64,000 nt of DNA from a virus (Duplodnaviria; Caudoviricetes): the IMG/VR virus record IMGVR_UViG_3300043177_000122, positions 128,001-192,000 of that record; one strand, 5' to 3'. Shown here in pieces: positions 36,316-45,743 of this stretch (its first letter is position 1; each line of letters opens with the position of its first letter). Position numbers and translations under genes: made by a program. The notes below the pieces were generated by a model, which worked only from the letters and a program-made list of their open reading frames with translations, had not been told where the DNA came from and searched no databases.

Positions 36316-37032
36316 ATGTCTGATACTGACGGTAAAATTAAACTAATCAAAAACCCTGATAGAAATAAACCTACGGCATATAAACCATATGTGCCGCAGT
36401 ATCAGGTACATGGTAAAGAACCTCAAGAATATCAAGGCGGTGCAGTGGCGCCTGGTCATCAAATGACTAGGCCCACTTCTCTGCCAAGTGATAATCCAAG
36501 ATCTAAAAGAGTGCCACTTCGTCAACCATATGCTGAGGTAGCTCCCTCACCTATTGGAAGGGGGCCGGTTCCAAATGTAGGAAATAATATGGAACATACA
36601 TGGTCTAGTGTAGATGGTGAAATTATTGATGATTTATCCAATCCGGAGTTTGACCCTAATCAACAAATGATTGATAATAATGATTTCGTGACTGAAACAG
36701 CTTTAGGATATCAAAGTGGACCAACAGCGGCAGATATTTTTCCACACTATCAAGCCTACGCTCCACAAGCTATTGAGCAGGAAATTGAAGCTATCCATCA
36801 GCCGGCCGATCCAGATGATTTGCTGCCCGTTCTAACCAGTTTAGATGATGAGTCTTATTTGTTAATTGTAGCTGGGGTGCCAGTTTGTTCTGGTCCTAAG
36901 ACCGAAATTGAAGACCAAGCTAGAGCTTTAGTATTTGGTGAGCACGAATTAAGCGACGGAAATCCTGTGCCAATTGATGATATAATTATTCTTAAGAGAG
37001 TCAAGGTAAAAGTTGGTTTATTCTTAGAATAA
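36316..37032 (+). CDS. hypothetical protein (Pro-rich, acidic)
   Basis: 238 aa ORF. Confidence 0.7.
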   Translation: MSDTDGKIKLIKNPDRNKPTAYKPYVPQYQVHGKEPQEYQGGAVAPGHQMTRPTSLPSDNPRSKRVPLRQPYAEVAPSPIGRGPVPNVGNNMEHTWSSVDGEIIDDLSNPEFDPNQQMIDNNDFVTETALGYQSGPTAADIFPHYQAYAPQAIEQEIEAIHQPADPDDLLPVLTSLDDESYLLIVAGVPVCSGPKTEIEDQARALVFGEHELSDGNPVPIDDIIILKRVKVKVGLFLE

Positions 37033-37039
37033 AGGTATC

Positions 37040-37855
37040 ATGGGACAAGAACCAAGAAAAGCTACTGATGTATTATTAGATTTAGAATCTAAAGTAGGTA
37101 TGTTATTAGACATCATACGTGCTCAAGATTTAAACATCAAAGTATTATCTAATAAATTAAATGATGTAATTGGGCGCTTAGATAAACAGCAAGCTGGTCC
37201 ACCTAAGATTGTTGTAGAAGCAATGCAGACTCCTGTACGGCAGGCATCTGTTGTTCCACCAGGGTTTACTCAAATTCCGGCTGGCGATCCAGAGAAGAAT
37301 ATTCCAATAGCTGCCGAATCTAAACTAATACAAACGGAAATGCCAAATGGCTTCCGCCGTAGTTCACGACCAGAAACTTATGCTGGTGATAATGTCTATT
37401 TACCTCATCCCGAAAATGAAATGAAGTTGCCAGTGCAGCTTCCAAAGCAAACACCTCGTCAACAAGCAATGACTCCGCCTCCTGGTCGCTCTGAAGCTAT
37501 AGTACCGCCCGAAGCAACTAAGAATACAAAAATAGCTCCTCCGCCAGCGCCCGATGAACCTTTACCTCAAGTTTCAACTGGTCAAATTCCAGTTCAACAA
37601 CGCTGTGTTGACAAGAATGGCAAATCTATTTTCTTGGCTCCCGTTGAAATTGTAGATGCAACAACTGGATTGCCAGTTTTTAAAACAAGAACAAATGGAA
37701 CTGGTAAATGGATGGCTGCACTTGGTATAGGTGTGTATCGAGTAACGATCACCAAGCAAGCTAATATAAGTAAAGAAAAGCTTGAAGCGGTACAAAACAT
37801 TCAAGTGGATGGCACCCAATCACCACTCGAATTACCGATGATCATCATCAAGTGA
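37040..37855 (+). CDS. hypothetical protein: N-terminal coiled coil, Pro-rich linker, C-terminal beta-sandwich-like domain
   Basis: C-terminal KTRTNGTGKW...LG.G.Y.VTI.K pattern. Confidence 0.65.
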   Translation: MGQEPRKATDVLLDLESKVGMLLDIIRAQDLNIKVLSNKLNDVIGRLDKQQAGPPKIVVEAMQTPVRQASVVPPGFTQIPAGDPEKNIPIAAESKLIQTEMPNGFRRSSRPETYAGDNVYLPHPENEMKLPVQLPKQTPRQQAMTPPPGRSEAIVPPEATKNTKIAPPPAPDEPLPQVSTGQIPVQQRCVDKNGKSIFLAPVEIVDATTGLPVFKTRTNGTGKWMAALGIGVYRVTITKQANISKEKLEAVQNIQVDGTQSPLELPMIIIK

Positions 37856-37863
37856 GTGCAACA

Positions 37864-38094
37864 ATGTCTGTAAAAATTTCTACTGAAAGGGCTGAGCAAT
37901 TATTCTAAGCTGAACTAAAAATGAAGCTTATGAAATCTTTGCTTGAAGCAATGGACTCCGGCACATGGTCTATGTCAGAAAATAGACCAGATTTAGATAT
38001 TCATACTGGACATATTGGTGATACAGATATTGAGATTACGTTTAATCATCCAGAATTTGGAGAGATAAAAATTAGCGGTAAGAATTTCGTTTAA
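37864..38094 (+). pseudogene. small ORF interrupted by TAA at codon 15 (or a 57 aa ORF from ATG 37921)
   Basis: MSVKISTERAEQLF*AELKMKLMKSLLEAM...KNFV*; not in ORF track. Confidence 0.4.
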
Positions 38095-38124
38095 CCCACC
38101 TTGGCATAATTTGCCGTGTAGGGT
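38094..38124 (+). promoter_or_regulatory. hairpin occluding the translation start of the downstream endonuclease gene
   Basis: ACCC/GGGT and GGCA/TGCC stems end immediately before ATG 38125. Confidence 0.4.
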
Positions 38125-38658
38125 ATGCCAGATTACAAAAATTATAACGAAGATCGCACCAAGAAGCTTTGTTTTGCTTGTAAAGATATGCTTGACATCG
38201 AATTGTTTCGAATGAAAGAAAAGAAACGGGGTCGAGGTAAAGGTAAATATCGAAACAGTGTTTGCAAGAAATGCGAACAACGACAAGTCGAAGAATATAG
38301 AACAACTGATATTGGTATAGCAGCCGAGATTGCTCGTCGACATAAGCATGTTTGTAAAGTTGATTCATTACCATATGATTTGGATAAATATTGGATTTTA
38401 GAAAAACTTAACTCGATAAGTTGGAAATGTGAGCTAACAGGGCTGCCCTTTAACTTAAAAAGAAATATCAATGACAAACGACAGGGGTTTCAGTGGGACT
38501 CTGTGTCAGTTGATAGATTAAATCCTAAAGGCGGCTACACCAAAGATAACATAAGGTTCGTTATAAATCAGGTTAATGTCTTTAGGCAAAACCACCCTGA
38601 CGAACAGATGTATATGGTGGCTAAGGCACTGTTAGATTACAGGAGCAAAAGTGAGTAA
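38125..38658 (+). CDS. HNH/endonuclease-VII-like homing endonuclease
   Basis: CFACK..CKKC N-terminus; CELTGLPF, SVDRLNP..GYTKDNIRFV. Confidence 0.8.
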   Translation: MPDYKNYNEDRTKKLCFACKDMLDIELFRMKEKKRGRGKGKYRNSVCKKCEQRQVEEYRTTDIGIAAEIARRHKHVCKVDSLPYDLDKYWILEKLNSISWKCELTGLPFNLKRNINDKRQGFQWDSVSVDRLNPKGGYTKDNIRFVINQVNVFRQNHPDEQMYMVAKALLDYRSKSE

Positions 38659-39352
38659 GAAAAAATTCAGTGTGATTGTTGCCGATTGTCCATGGCCTTT
38701 CAAAGATTCTTTAAAAATGTCCGATGTCAAGCGTGGTGCCCAGGCTAACTACGACACCATGACAATGCAACAAATTCGTGAGATGCCCGTAACTGAGGCT
38801 TGCGATCCAGATGGGGCAGTCTTATGTTTATGGGTGCCCGGCTCATTGCTTCAGGATGGTCTCGACACTATGAAAGCGTGGGGGTTTGACCACAAACAAA
38901 CTTATGTATGGGTCAAAATCAAGAAGCACAGATTTCAGAGATTTACCAAGTGGATAAAGAAAAGTGTACTAAGACACCCACAAATTGCCTATGAGAGATT
39001 TGCTTGTGTAAGGGCAATTAATGCCATCATAGATAATTTACCTAATGTAAATTTTAATGAAGAATTAGCATTTGGAATGGGGCATTTATTTAGACAGACC
39101 CACGAGATTTGTTTAATTGGTACACGCGGGAAAATACTTAAGCAATTAGCTAACAAGTCACAGCGCTCTGTAAGCTTTGCTGAAAATTTGAGGCATTCGG
39201 CCAAACCGGATGACTTACAAGAATCTTTGGAAACTATGTTTCCAAAAGCTCGGAAACTAGAATTGTTCGCCAGAAGACTCCGACCTGGTTGGACTTGTCT
39301 AGGGAACGAGATTGATGGTAAGGACATATATGATGCTCTTGCCGAACTATAA
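38651..39352 (+). CDS. MT-A70 family adenine methyltransferase
   Basis: VIVADCPW (DPPW variant), Y.TM, LCLWV, WGF....YVWVK, FRQTHEICLIG.RG, HSAKP, KLELFAR...GW...GNE. Confidence 0.88.
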   Translation: MSKKKFSVIVADCPWPFKDSLKMSDVKRGAQANYDTMTMQQIREMPVTEACDPDGAVLCLWVPGSLLQDGLDTMKAWGFDHKQTYVWVKIKKHRFQRFTKWIKKSVLRHPQIAYERFACVRAINAIIDNLPNVNFNEELAFGMGHLFRQTHEICLIGTRGKILKQLANKSQRSVSFAENLRHSAKPDDLQESLETMFPKARKLELFARRLRPGWTCLGNEIDGKDIYDALAEL

Positions 39353-39367
39353 ACGGAGAATAGAACA

Positions 39368-39877
39368 ATGCCGAAGAAAACGCTATTATTGAATGCTAGT
39401 TATGAGGTGCTTTCTTTTATTCCAGAAAGGAAAGTTTTCAAGTTACTTTTCAAAGACAAGGTTGAAGTCGTCTCTAACTGGGATGAATTCATTACTTGGG
39501 GCAATGGAAAGATTAAGCACCCTTCTATCTTGAGATTGAAGACTCACGTAAAACGAAATTATTTCAACTCAAACTTCAGTCGTAAAGCTTTAGTTAAAAG
39601 AGATAGAAGCACTTGTCAGTACTGCGGTAAGAAGCTTACAGCTTCTCAAATTACAATCGACCACGTATTACCTAGAGCACAAGGCGGCATTACTTCCTTC
39701 GTGAACTGTGTAGTTTCATGCCAGATTTGTAACAATGCGAAGGCTGACAAAACGCCTGAACAAGTAAATATGAAGCTTCTTAAGAAGCCAACTCACCCAT
39801 CTTTCTCTGCACATTACTATGTCGCAGATCCTCAGGAATACTGGCATAAGGATTGGGATGACTTTTTGCGAGGCTAA
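39368..39877 (+). CDS. HNH endonuclease
   Basis: LLLNASYE, RD..TCQYCG, TIDHVLPR.QGG...F.N.V.SC..CN..K..KTP. Confidence 0.9.
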   Translation: MPKKTLLLNASYEVLSFIPERKVFKLLFKDKVEVVSNWDEFITWGNGKIKHPSILRLKTHVKRNYFNSNFSRKALVKRDRSTCQYCGKKLTASQITIDHVLPRAQGGITSFVNCVVSCQICNNAKADKTPEQVNMKLLKKPTHPSFSAHYYVADPQEYWHKDWDDFLRG

Positions 39878-39892
39878 AATCTGAGTTCCGTA

Positions 39893-39922
39893 AATGGGGA
39901 TAATCAAAATATTATCCCCATT
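39893..39922. terminator. perfect 12-bp inverted repeat (terminator or operator)
   Basis: AATGGGGATAAT-caaaat-ATTATCCCCATT right after the HNH stop; only a weak U-tract. Confidence 0.5.
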
Positions 39923-39978
39923 CTTCGGCCAATAATATGGAATACCTATATACTTTTCCATGATATATAGGAAGCACC

Positions 39979-40233
39979 ATGACCCAGGTAACATCTTGCA
40001 ACTGCATTGTTTGTGCAAAAGAATTTGATCCAGACGAGCTACAGAGCGTAGCTTTGTCTAAAATCAATGTTACTCGTTTCAAGATTTGCCAATCTTGTTT
40101 GGGTCATTGTGATCCTGCTGAAGATTATCGCCAAGCTCGCGAAATTATTAGTTCTTATTTGTGGTTTGCTGAGGCTAAAGGTTTATTCAAAGAAGCCTCT
40201 GATATCTTAGAGGATATTTCTAAGAAGAAATAA
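39979..40233 (+). CDS. hypothetical Zn-finger protein
   Basis: CIVC...CQSC; GATATAT upstream. Confidence 0.65.
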   Translation: MTQVTSCNCIVCAKEFDPDELQSVALSKINVTRFKICQSCLGHCDPAEDYRQAREIISSYLWFAEAKGLFKEASDILEDISKKK

Positions 40234-40235
40234 TA

Positions 40236-40388
40236 TCACAATTCAATGATGATAACTCGTGGAGATTCTTCTTTATCATCTTTTTCTTGGCGTACTGGCG
40301 GCGGCTCTAATTCAACATAGAGGGGTTGTAGCTCTTCATCGTTCTTCTTTTTTTCGATTTTGTGGATAAAAGGGAAGAATGCGTCCAT
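40236..40388 (-). CDS. small hypothetical protein
   Basis: GAGG RBS, ATG 40388, 50 aa. Confidence 0.55.
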   Translation of the reverse strand: MDAFFPFIHKIEKKKNDEELQPLYVELEPPPVRQEKDDKEESPRVIIIEL

Positions 40389-40425
40389 AGTAACCTCTAG
40401 TCTGTGTATATGACGGAATATTAGT

Positions 40426-40626
40426 ATGATGTGCTCATCCTGCTCCAAGCTAGCTTTACTGTATGTTAGTAATAAGCAATGTATGCGTTGTCAAGGCGCA
40501 GTCGTTGTCAATATGGCTGTAATTTGTGAAGTTTGTTCCGCTACTGATAAAATTTGTACCGTTTGTTTGAAAAAACTAACTCCATTACAACCTAAACCTG
40601 GCGGTTGTAACTGTGGTAAAAAATGA
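40426..40626 (+). CDS. small Cys-rich protein
   Basis: Four CxxC pairs plus CxC in 66 aa. Confidence 0.6.
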   Translation: MMCSSCSKLALLYVSNKQCMRCQGAVVVNMAVICEVCSATDKICTVCLKKLTPLQPKPGGCNCGKK

Positions 40627-40654
40627 TTACGATCCTTGGGGACATAGGTAAAGC

Positions 40655-41182
40655 ATGATAATCACAAATAATGAAGCTGCGCTACGTGTATTTTGCGAAC
40701 CTGTTACCATGGAAGAGGTGGGTTCACTAATAGAAACTTTAGAAAAAGAGCTAGACTATGCTAATCGTTTAGGAAAAAATGGTATTGGTTTAGCTGCTCC
40801 ACAGATAGGTATCGCTAAAGATATTGCTATTGTACGATTACCAAAGATGAATTTCAATCTAGTAAATGCTAAATTGGTTCAAGGATATGACCCTGCTGTT
40901 TTTACAGATGAAGGGTGTTTGTCTTTTCCGGGTCGATTAGAGACTACTACGAGATTTCAAGAAGTACACATTACTAACAATTTGACTGAGCCACATAGTT
41001 TTATTGCTACTGGATTTGTAGCTGTTGTATGTCAACATGAATTAGATCATTTGAATTCAACTTTGTTTATGGATCGTAGTATTCCAAAACCAGTTCCAAT
41101 TGTAAATAAGGTTAAAATTGGGCCAAACCAACCATGCATTTGTGGTTCTGGTAAGAAATATAAGAAATGTTGTGGCAGATGA
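40655..41182 (+). CDS. def: peptide deformylase with C-terminal SEC-C motif
   Basis: GIGLAAPQIG, EGCLSFP, QHELDHL; NQPCICGSGKKYKKCCG. Confidence 0.95.
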   Translation: MIITNNEAALRVFCEPVTMEEVGSLIETLEKELDYANRLGKNGIGLAAPQIGIAKDIAIVRLPKMNFNLVNAKLVQGYDPAVFTDEGCLSFPGRLETTTRFQEVHITNNLTEPHSFIATGFVAVVCQHELDHLNSTLFMDRSIPKPVPIVNKVKIGPNQPCICGSGKKYKKCCGR

Positions 41183-41364
41183 AGTGTCCAAAATGCAACA
41201 GTTCAGATACCAAAAAAGTTTATGTTAGTGATCCTGAATGGCATATAGGTCATCAACGCTGCCAAAATCCACTTTGCAAATATCAGGGCGATTGGTTAGA
41301 ATTCTGTGACCTTCCTATTGTGTTTAAACAGGTTATAATAGATATAGGAGATAACAATGACTGA
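41179..41364 (+). CDS. small Zn-ribbon protein
   Basis: CPKC...CQNPLC; ATGA overlap with def. Confidence 0.55.
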   Translation: MKCPKCNSSDTKKVYVSDPEWHIGHQRCQNPLCKYQGDWLEFCDLPIVFKQVIIDIGDNND

Positions 41365-41620
41365 CAAAAAAGATGACAGAATAGAATTAAATACTGATAT
41401 TTTAGTGGCTGATGTGATGCTGAGAATAACTGCTTTAGAAAAACTTTTAATTGAAAAGGGAGTTTTTACGCAAGCAGAACTATCTGCTATAACTGATGAA
41501 ATAGCTAAAAAAGTAGCCAAAGTAGTTTTGGAAAAAGCAAAAGTTTCTAAAAATATAGAAGAATTCGTTGCGACACTAGAAAAGTCTGATAGTTCAGATA
41601 AGAAAGATTTTGATAATTAA
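41357..41620 (+). CDS. hypothetical protein
   Basis: GGAG RBS, 87 aa. Confidence 0.65.
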   Translation: MTDKKDDRIELNTDILVADVMLRITALEKLLIEKGVFTQAELSAITDEIAKKVAKVVLEKAKVSKNIEEFVATLEKSDSSDKKDFDN

Positions 41621-41928
41621 TGCAATTCATCACTCAAGAAGAAGAAATACAAATAGACTTACCATTACAAGCTTTATATTTTTATGCTTCTTGGATGCCG
41701 TATCATCATAAGTTTATCACTATGATTTCTAAAATAGAAGAAAAGCACAAGAATATAGCATTCTTTGCTATTGATGTAGAGTCTTTTCCTAATCAGTGTA
41801 AAAGATTTTCTGTTGAATCTATACCTGAAGTTATTATTCTTAAAGGCGGTAAAGAGGTGAAAAGGATTAGCGGGCTTACTCTTACCAGCGCTTTTAGAAG
41901 TGCTTTTGCTGATATATGTACTTCTTGA
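41620..41928 (+). CDS. thioredoxin-fold protein lacking CxxC
   Basis: FYASWMPYH in place of WCxxC; IDVE, F.VESIP..I..KGGKEV.RI.G. Confidence 0.7.
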   Translation: MQFITQEEEIQIDLPLQALYFYASWMPYHHKFITMISKIEEKHKNIAFFAIDVESFPNQCKRFSVESIPEVIILKGGKEVKRISGLTLTSAFRSAFADICTS

Positions 41929-41936
41929 ACCTTTAA

Positions 41937-42359
41937 ATGGAGAAAGTTATGCCAAAGAAAACCAGCAAGAAATCTAGTAAGAAAACCAAGGTTACTAAGC
42001 CTGCCAAAAAGACAGTAAAAACCAAGAAGGTAGATAAGCCGGTGGCACCTCCACAAACTGCTAACCCCCCAGTTCCTCAGGTATTGCCGCCAGTTGCTGT
42101 CAAGACGGAAGCAGAAAAGATTTGGGATGAAATTAAGAATCGTCCTATTGAAATGTTTGGTCTGCCAGATCAGTATGTATTTCAACACGCCACCTTTGTG
42201 CCTGTTGAACCAAATACGCTGTATGTAACTATTCGCTCTACTGCAACTCTCCCTTCACTGGAGGCTGCAATTGCCCCTCATTTTACTGTTGAGTTAGCTG
42301 ATAAGTTTGTGCTTATCAAGCGAGTTTCTAAACCATTAATTCCTTTCAAGAAGAGATAA
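41937..42359 (+). CDS. hypothetical protein with Lys-rich N-terminus
   Basis: 140 aa ORF. Confidence 0.65.
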   Translation: MEKVMPKKTSKKSSKKTKVTKPAKKTVKTKKVDKPVAPPQTANPPVPQVLPPVAVKTEAEKIWDEIKNRPIEMFGLPDQYVFQHATFVPVEPNTLYVTIRSTATLPSLEAAIAPHFTVELADKFVLIKRVSKPLIPFKKR

Positions 42360-42362
42360 TAT

Positions 42363-42893
42363 ATGACAAATAGAGGCGGCCCACCAAATCCACCCGGACA
42401 ACCAACATTACAAGGACCTGACGAATATACTCCTAAGATTGGAGTGAAAGGTCAAGGACAATCTATATTTGATAGTCGACGTAAAAAACCAACTCAGCAA
42501 GAATTTCAACAACAAGTACAACAAACGCAAGAAACTCTATCTGGTTACAAAAAACGAGCCGCCGAATTGTTTGTACAGTTTCAAAGAGCTATGGCCGATA
42601 AAACTCTACCACAGAATCGCAACATATTTAATCTAGAATCAGAAAAAGAACTTCTTCAGAATATGATTGTGTTGGCAGCAGAAATTAATAGTGATCCAAA
42701 TGAAAGAGAAAGTGAAGGCTCGCTTACTTGGATTGTGCTTTTATTAAAAACTTGTTTCACTCAAAGAGATAAGTTGAATGAGCTAGAATATGCAATAGCA
42801 CAGCTTCATAAAAAAACAGATCCTATTGCTATGGCTGATTTTATAAACAAAGAAATTACTAAAGCTCTTGACACGAAAAAAGGTAATGAATAA
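42363..42893 (+). CDS. hypothetical protein
   Basis: 176 aa ORF. Confidence 0.65.
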   Translation: MTNRGGPPNPPGQPTLQGPDEYTPKIGVKGQGQSIFDSRRKKPTQQEFQQQVQQTQETLSGYKKRAAELFVQFQRAMADKTLPQNRNIFNLESEKELLQNMIVLAAEINSDPNERESEGSLTWIVLLLKTCFTQRDKLNELEYAIAQLHKKTDPIAMADFINKEITKALDTKKGNE

Positions 42894-43080
42894 ATTGACC
42901 ATGACACCCAAAGAGCTACTTTTATCTTTAATTTCTGAAGAAAAAGAGCGCTTCGGTCAATATTCTCAATTATGTGCCATATACCAAGTACCGCCCGATC
43001 CAATAGCAATAGCGAGACACCAGGGGAAACTGGAAGTGTTGCAGCGGCTTTTGCAGGAAAAGATTATTATCAAGAGTTGA
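42886..43080 (+). CDS. small hypothetical protein
   Basis: ORF overlaps both neighbours; AAGG upstream. Confidence 0.45.
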   Translation: MNKLTMTPKELLLSLISEEKERFGQYSQLCAIYQVPPDPIAIARHQGKLEVLQRLLQEKIIIKS

Positions 43081-43589
43081 TTAGTAGGGCCAATACAGTA
43101 CCCATTACAAAGTTATTTCGTCATTATGGCATCCGCCTGGATGAACATAATAAGAAAACAGCTTGTCCATTCAAATCGCATGCGGGTGGCCGTGAGCGTT
43201 CACCTTCATTCTGGTATTATCCTCATACAAATACGTTCCACTGTTTTGGTTGCCACAAAGGTCCATCTTGTTGTGACTTTGTAGTAGAGATGGAACAATG
43301 TACGAAGGTACAAGCAGCTCAAAAGATACTACATCTATTTGAATCAGATGTAGATGAGGATAATATGTACAACATGCAGGATTTTGATGAGCGTCTCAAA
43401 ATAATGATGGACTTTTCAAACACTGTACGTGAGTTTTATCAGACTTATTCGACCGAAAAAGCGGGGGTATATGTTGAGCAAGCGTGTAAAAAATTCGACA
43501 CGCTGAACCTAAAGAAAAAGCTTAATAATGAGGCGTTAAGCCGAACTGTTGAGAAACTGAAGGAATACATAAACCTATATAAACCATGA
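42972..43589 (+). CDS. CHC2 zinc-finger protein (primase zinc-binding domain, no TOPRIM)
   Basis: CPFKSH...ERSPSF......FHCFGC.KG....DFV.EME; true start uncertain. Confidence 0.75.
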   Translation: MCHIPSTARSNSNSETPGETGSVAAAFAGKDYYQELISRANTVPITKLFRHYGIRLDEHNKKTACPFKSHAGGRERSPSFWYYPHTNTFHCFGCHKGPSCCDFVVEMEQCTKVQAAQKILHLFESDVDEDNMYNMQDFDERLKIMMDFSNTVREFYQTYSTEKAGVYVEQACKKFDTLNLKKKLNNEALSRTVEKLKEYINLYKP

Positions 43590-43898
43590 AGAAAACTTGG
43601 GAAGAAAAACTAGAAGAAATTCTAGAAAATCATGATGATGTGTTCGGACATAATACCGAAGTAGATATCCATCGTTTTATGCGCGGGCTCAAAAAAAGCC
43701 GCTCGCACATGTGAAGAATTAGAGATTGATGTGGTTGATTATTACACCATAAGAATCAAGCTTCCTGATCTTGTTTTTAAAGAAAGAGCAAAAGATAGGG
43801 AATTGGTATTGTTGTATATCTTAACGTCAAGCCCAATGCCAACTGAATGCCGATACAATAAAAAGAAGGATCATTTGACTATAGAGTGGCATTATTAA
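43586..43898 (+). pseudogene. hypothetical protein split by one extra A
   Basis: Frames join if A7 at 43691-43697 is A6 (...RGLKKAARTCEELEIDV...EWHY*). Confidence 0.55.
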
Positions 43899-43936
43899 TG
43901 GCGATGTGCATGTAGGTAAATTTTCACATTCATTGT

Positions 43937-44538
43937 ATGAAGTATTTTTATCTGTACAGGATTACAAACATAATTAACGGAAAAGTTTATATTGGGCAAA
44001 GTGTTAATCCATGGGCTCGTTGGCGCAGACATAAATCTGATGTTAAACTCGGCAAAGACAAAAAGCACTTTGCAAATGCTATTAGAAAGCATGGAGTACA
44101 TAATTTCATTTTGATGTGATTGCGCAAGCAAAAACTCTAGAAGATATTGATCAAACAGAAATCGATTGCATAAAACAGTACAAATCATCGGATAAAAAAT
44201 ATGGCTACAACATTGCGCTTGGTGGTAATGGTAAAAGGATAGTTTCCGAACGAACAAGAAAAAAAGATAGCTAAGTTTAGAATGGGCAAGAAAGCGACAG
44301 AAGAGACTAAACGTAGAATGTCTCAATCTATGATTGGTAAAATGCCGGAGAGAAGAATGGTATGTTCGGACTTTCAAGTGAAGATACCTCATGTGCTAAG
44401 TTGACATTGAGTCAAGCTAACGATATAAGAAGAGAGTACTTTGCTGGTGGCATTTCATCTATCAAATTAGCTGTGAAGTATGGCGTAAGCAAGAAAACTG
44501 TATGGAACATACTTCACAACAAGATTTACAAAAGCTAA
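43937..44538 (+). pseudogene. GIY-YIG homing endonuclease with NUMOD3/HTH, three frameshifts
   Basis: LYRITNIINGKVYIGQS...RW..H; GYNI..GG; indels in T4 (44109-12), A7 (44259-65) and A4 (~44338-41). Confidence 0.8.
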
Positions 44539-44546
44539 GGGACTGA

Positions 44547-45743
44547 ATGTCAACGGTAATAATTCTAGGTGATCCACACGTCGGTAAAGGAACAAACATC
44601 GGTAAAGGCGGTGTTGGTTCTACGCTCAATAGTCGCATTGTTGACCAACTAAACTTATTAGATTGGACGTTGGATCAGGCTGTTGAGCATCATGCAGATC
44701 ACATCATCATCACTGGAGATGTATTTGAAGAGCCAAAGCCTCATCCAGCTTTAATTACTCTATTTATTTCTTGGCTCAAAAAATGTCAAGTACATGACAT
44801 CAATGTGCATATCATTGTTGGCAACCACGATATTCTACGCAATGGTCTAGTATCAACTTCACCATTAGATATTGTGAGTGAAGTTGAATTAGACGGGATT
44901 AGTGTCTACAAAGACATTAACACAATCATAATTGGTACTACAGCTTTTACGCTCGTGCCATTTCGTGATAGAAAATCATTTAGCTCCAATTCTAACGCTG
45001 AAGCAATTGCGTTGGTTCGCGATAGTCTTGTCTATGAACTTGCTAGCATTCCAACCACCTATCGAAAAGTGTTGATAGGACATTTAGCGATCGAAGGTTC
45101 AATTCCAATTGGTGATGAAATTGACGATTTGGCTAACGAGTTGTTTTGTCCTTTGGATATGTTCCAAGGATATGATTATGTGTGGATGGGACATGTTCAT
45201 AAACCTCAAGTAATGAAAAAGAAAAACCCTTATATTGCACACATTGGCAGTATGGATATTTCTAATTTTGGTGAAACAGATCATAAGAAACACATTGTAA
45301 TTTTCCATTGTGATGAAGAGAATGGATGGAGTTCAGCGTATTTACCAACAAGACCATTGCAAAAAATCACAGTCAGTGTACCCAAAGGTACCGATGATAC
45401 CACGGCCTATGTTTTGAGCGAAATCAAGAAGGCTGGGGTTCAAGATAAGGCGATTGTAAAAGTAGAGGTATCACTTGCATCTCCTGAGTTGAAATCAATC
45501 AACAAATCAACAATCGAAAAGTATTTGACAGGGCAAGGCGCTTTCAATGTCAATGCAATCTCAGAATTTAAGAAAGTTAACCTTATCAAAAAGGATAATA
45601 ACAATACCATCGACTCAAAGATGGATGTGGCTGCCGCAATCAAAACTTATGCGCAAACCTATATAGAAGATGCTGTAAGACCTGGCTTTATTGAATTAGC
45701 TATGGATATTCTTACCATCTACAAGGCCGAGGGCAAAGAATGA
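44547..45743 (+). CDS. sbcD: SbcD/Mre11-like nuclease
   Basis: GDPH, GDVFE, GNHD, GHL, GHVH metallophosphoesterase motifs. Confidence 0.9.
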   Translation: MSTVIILGDPHVGKGTNIGKGGVGSTLNSRIVDQLNLLDWTLDQAVEHHADHIIITGDVFEEPKPHPALITLFISWLKKCQVHDINVHIIVGNHDILRNGLVSTSPLDIVSEVELDGISVYKDINTIIIGTTAFTLVPFRDRKSFSSNSNAEAIALVRDSLVYELASIPTTYRKVLIGHLAIEGSIPIGDEIDDLANELFCPLDMFQGYDYVWMGHVHKPQVMKKKNPYIAHIGSMDISNFGETDHKKHIVIFHCDEENGWSSAYLPTRPLQKITVSVPKGTDDTTAYVLSEIKKAGVQDKAIVKVEVSLASPELKSINKSTIEKYLTGQGAFNVNAISEFKKVNLIKKDNNNTIDSKMDVAAAIKTYAQTYIEDAVRPGFIELAMDILTIYKAEGKE

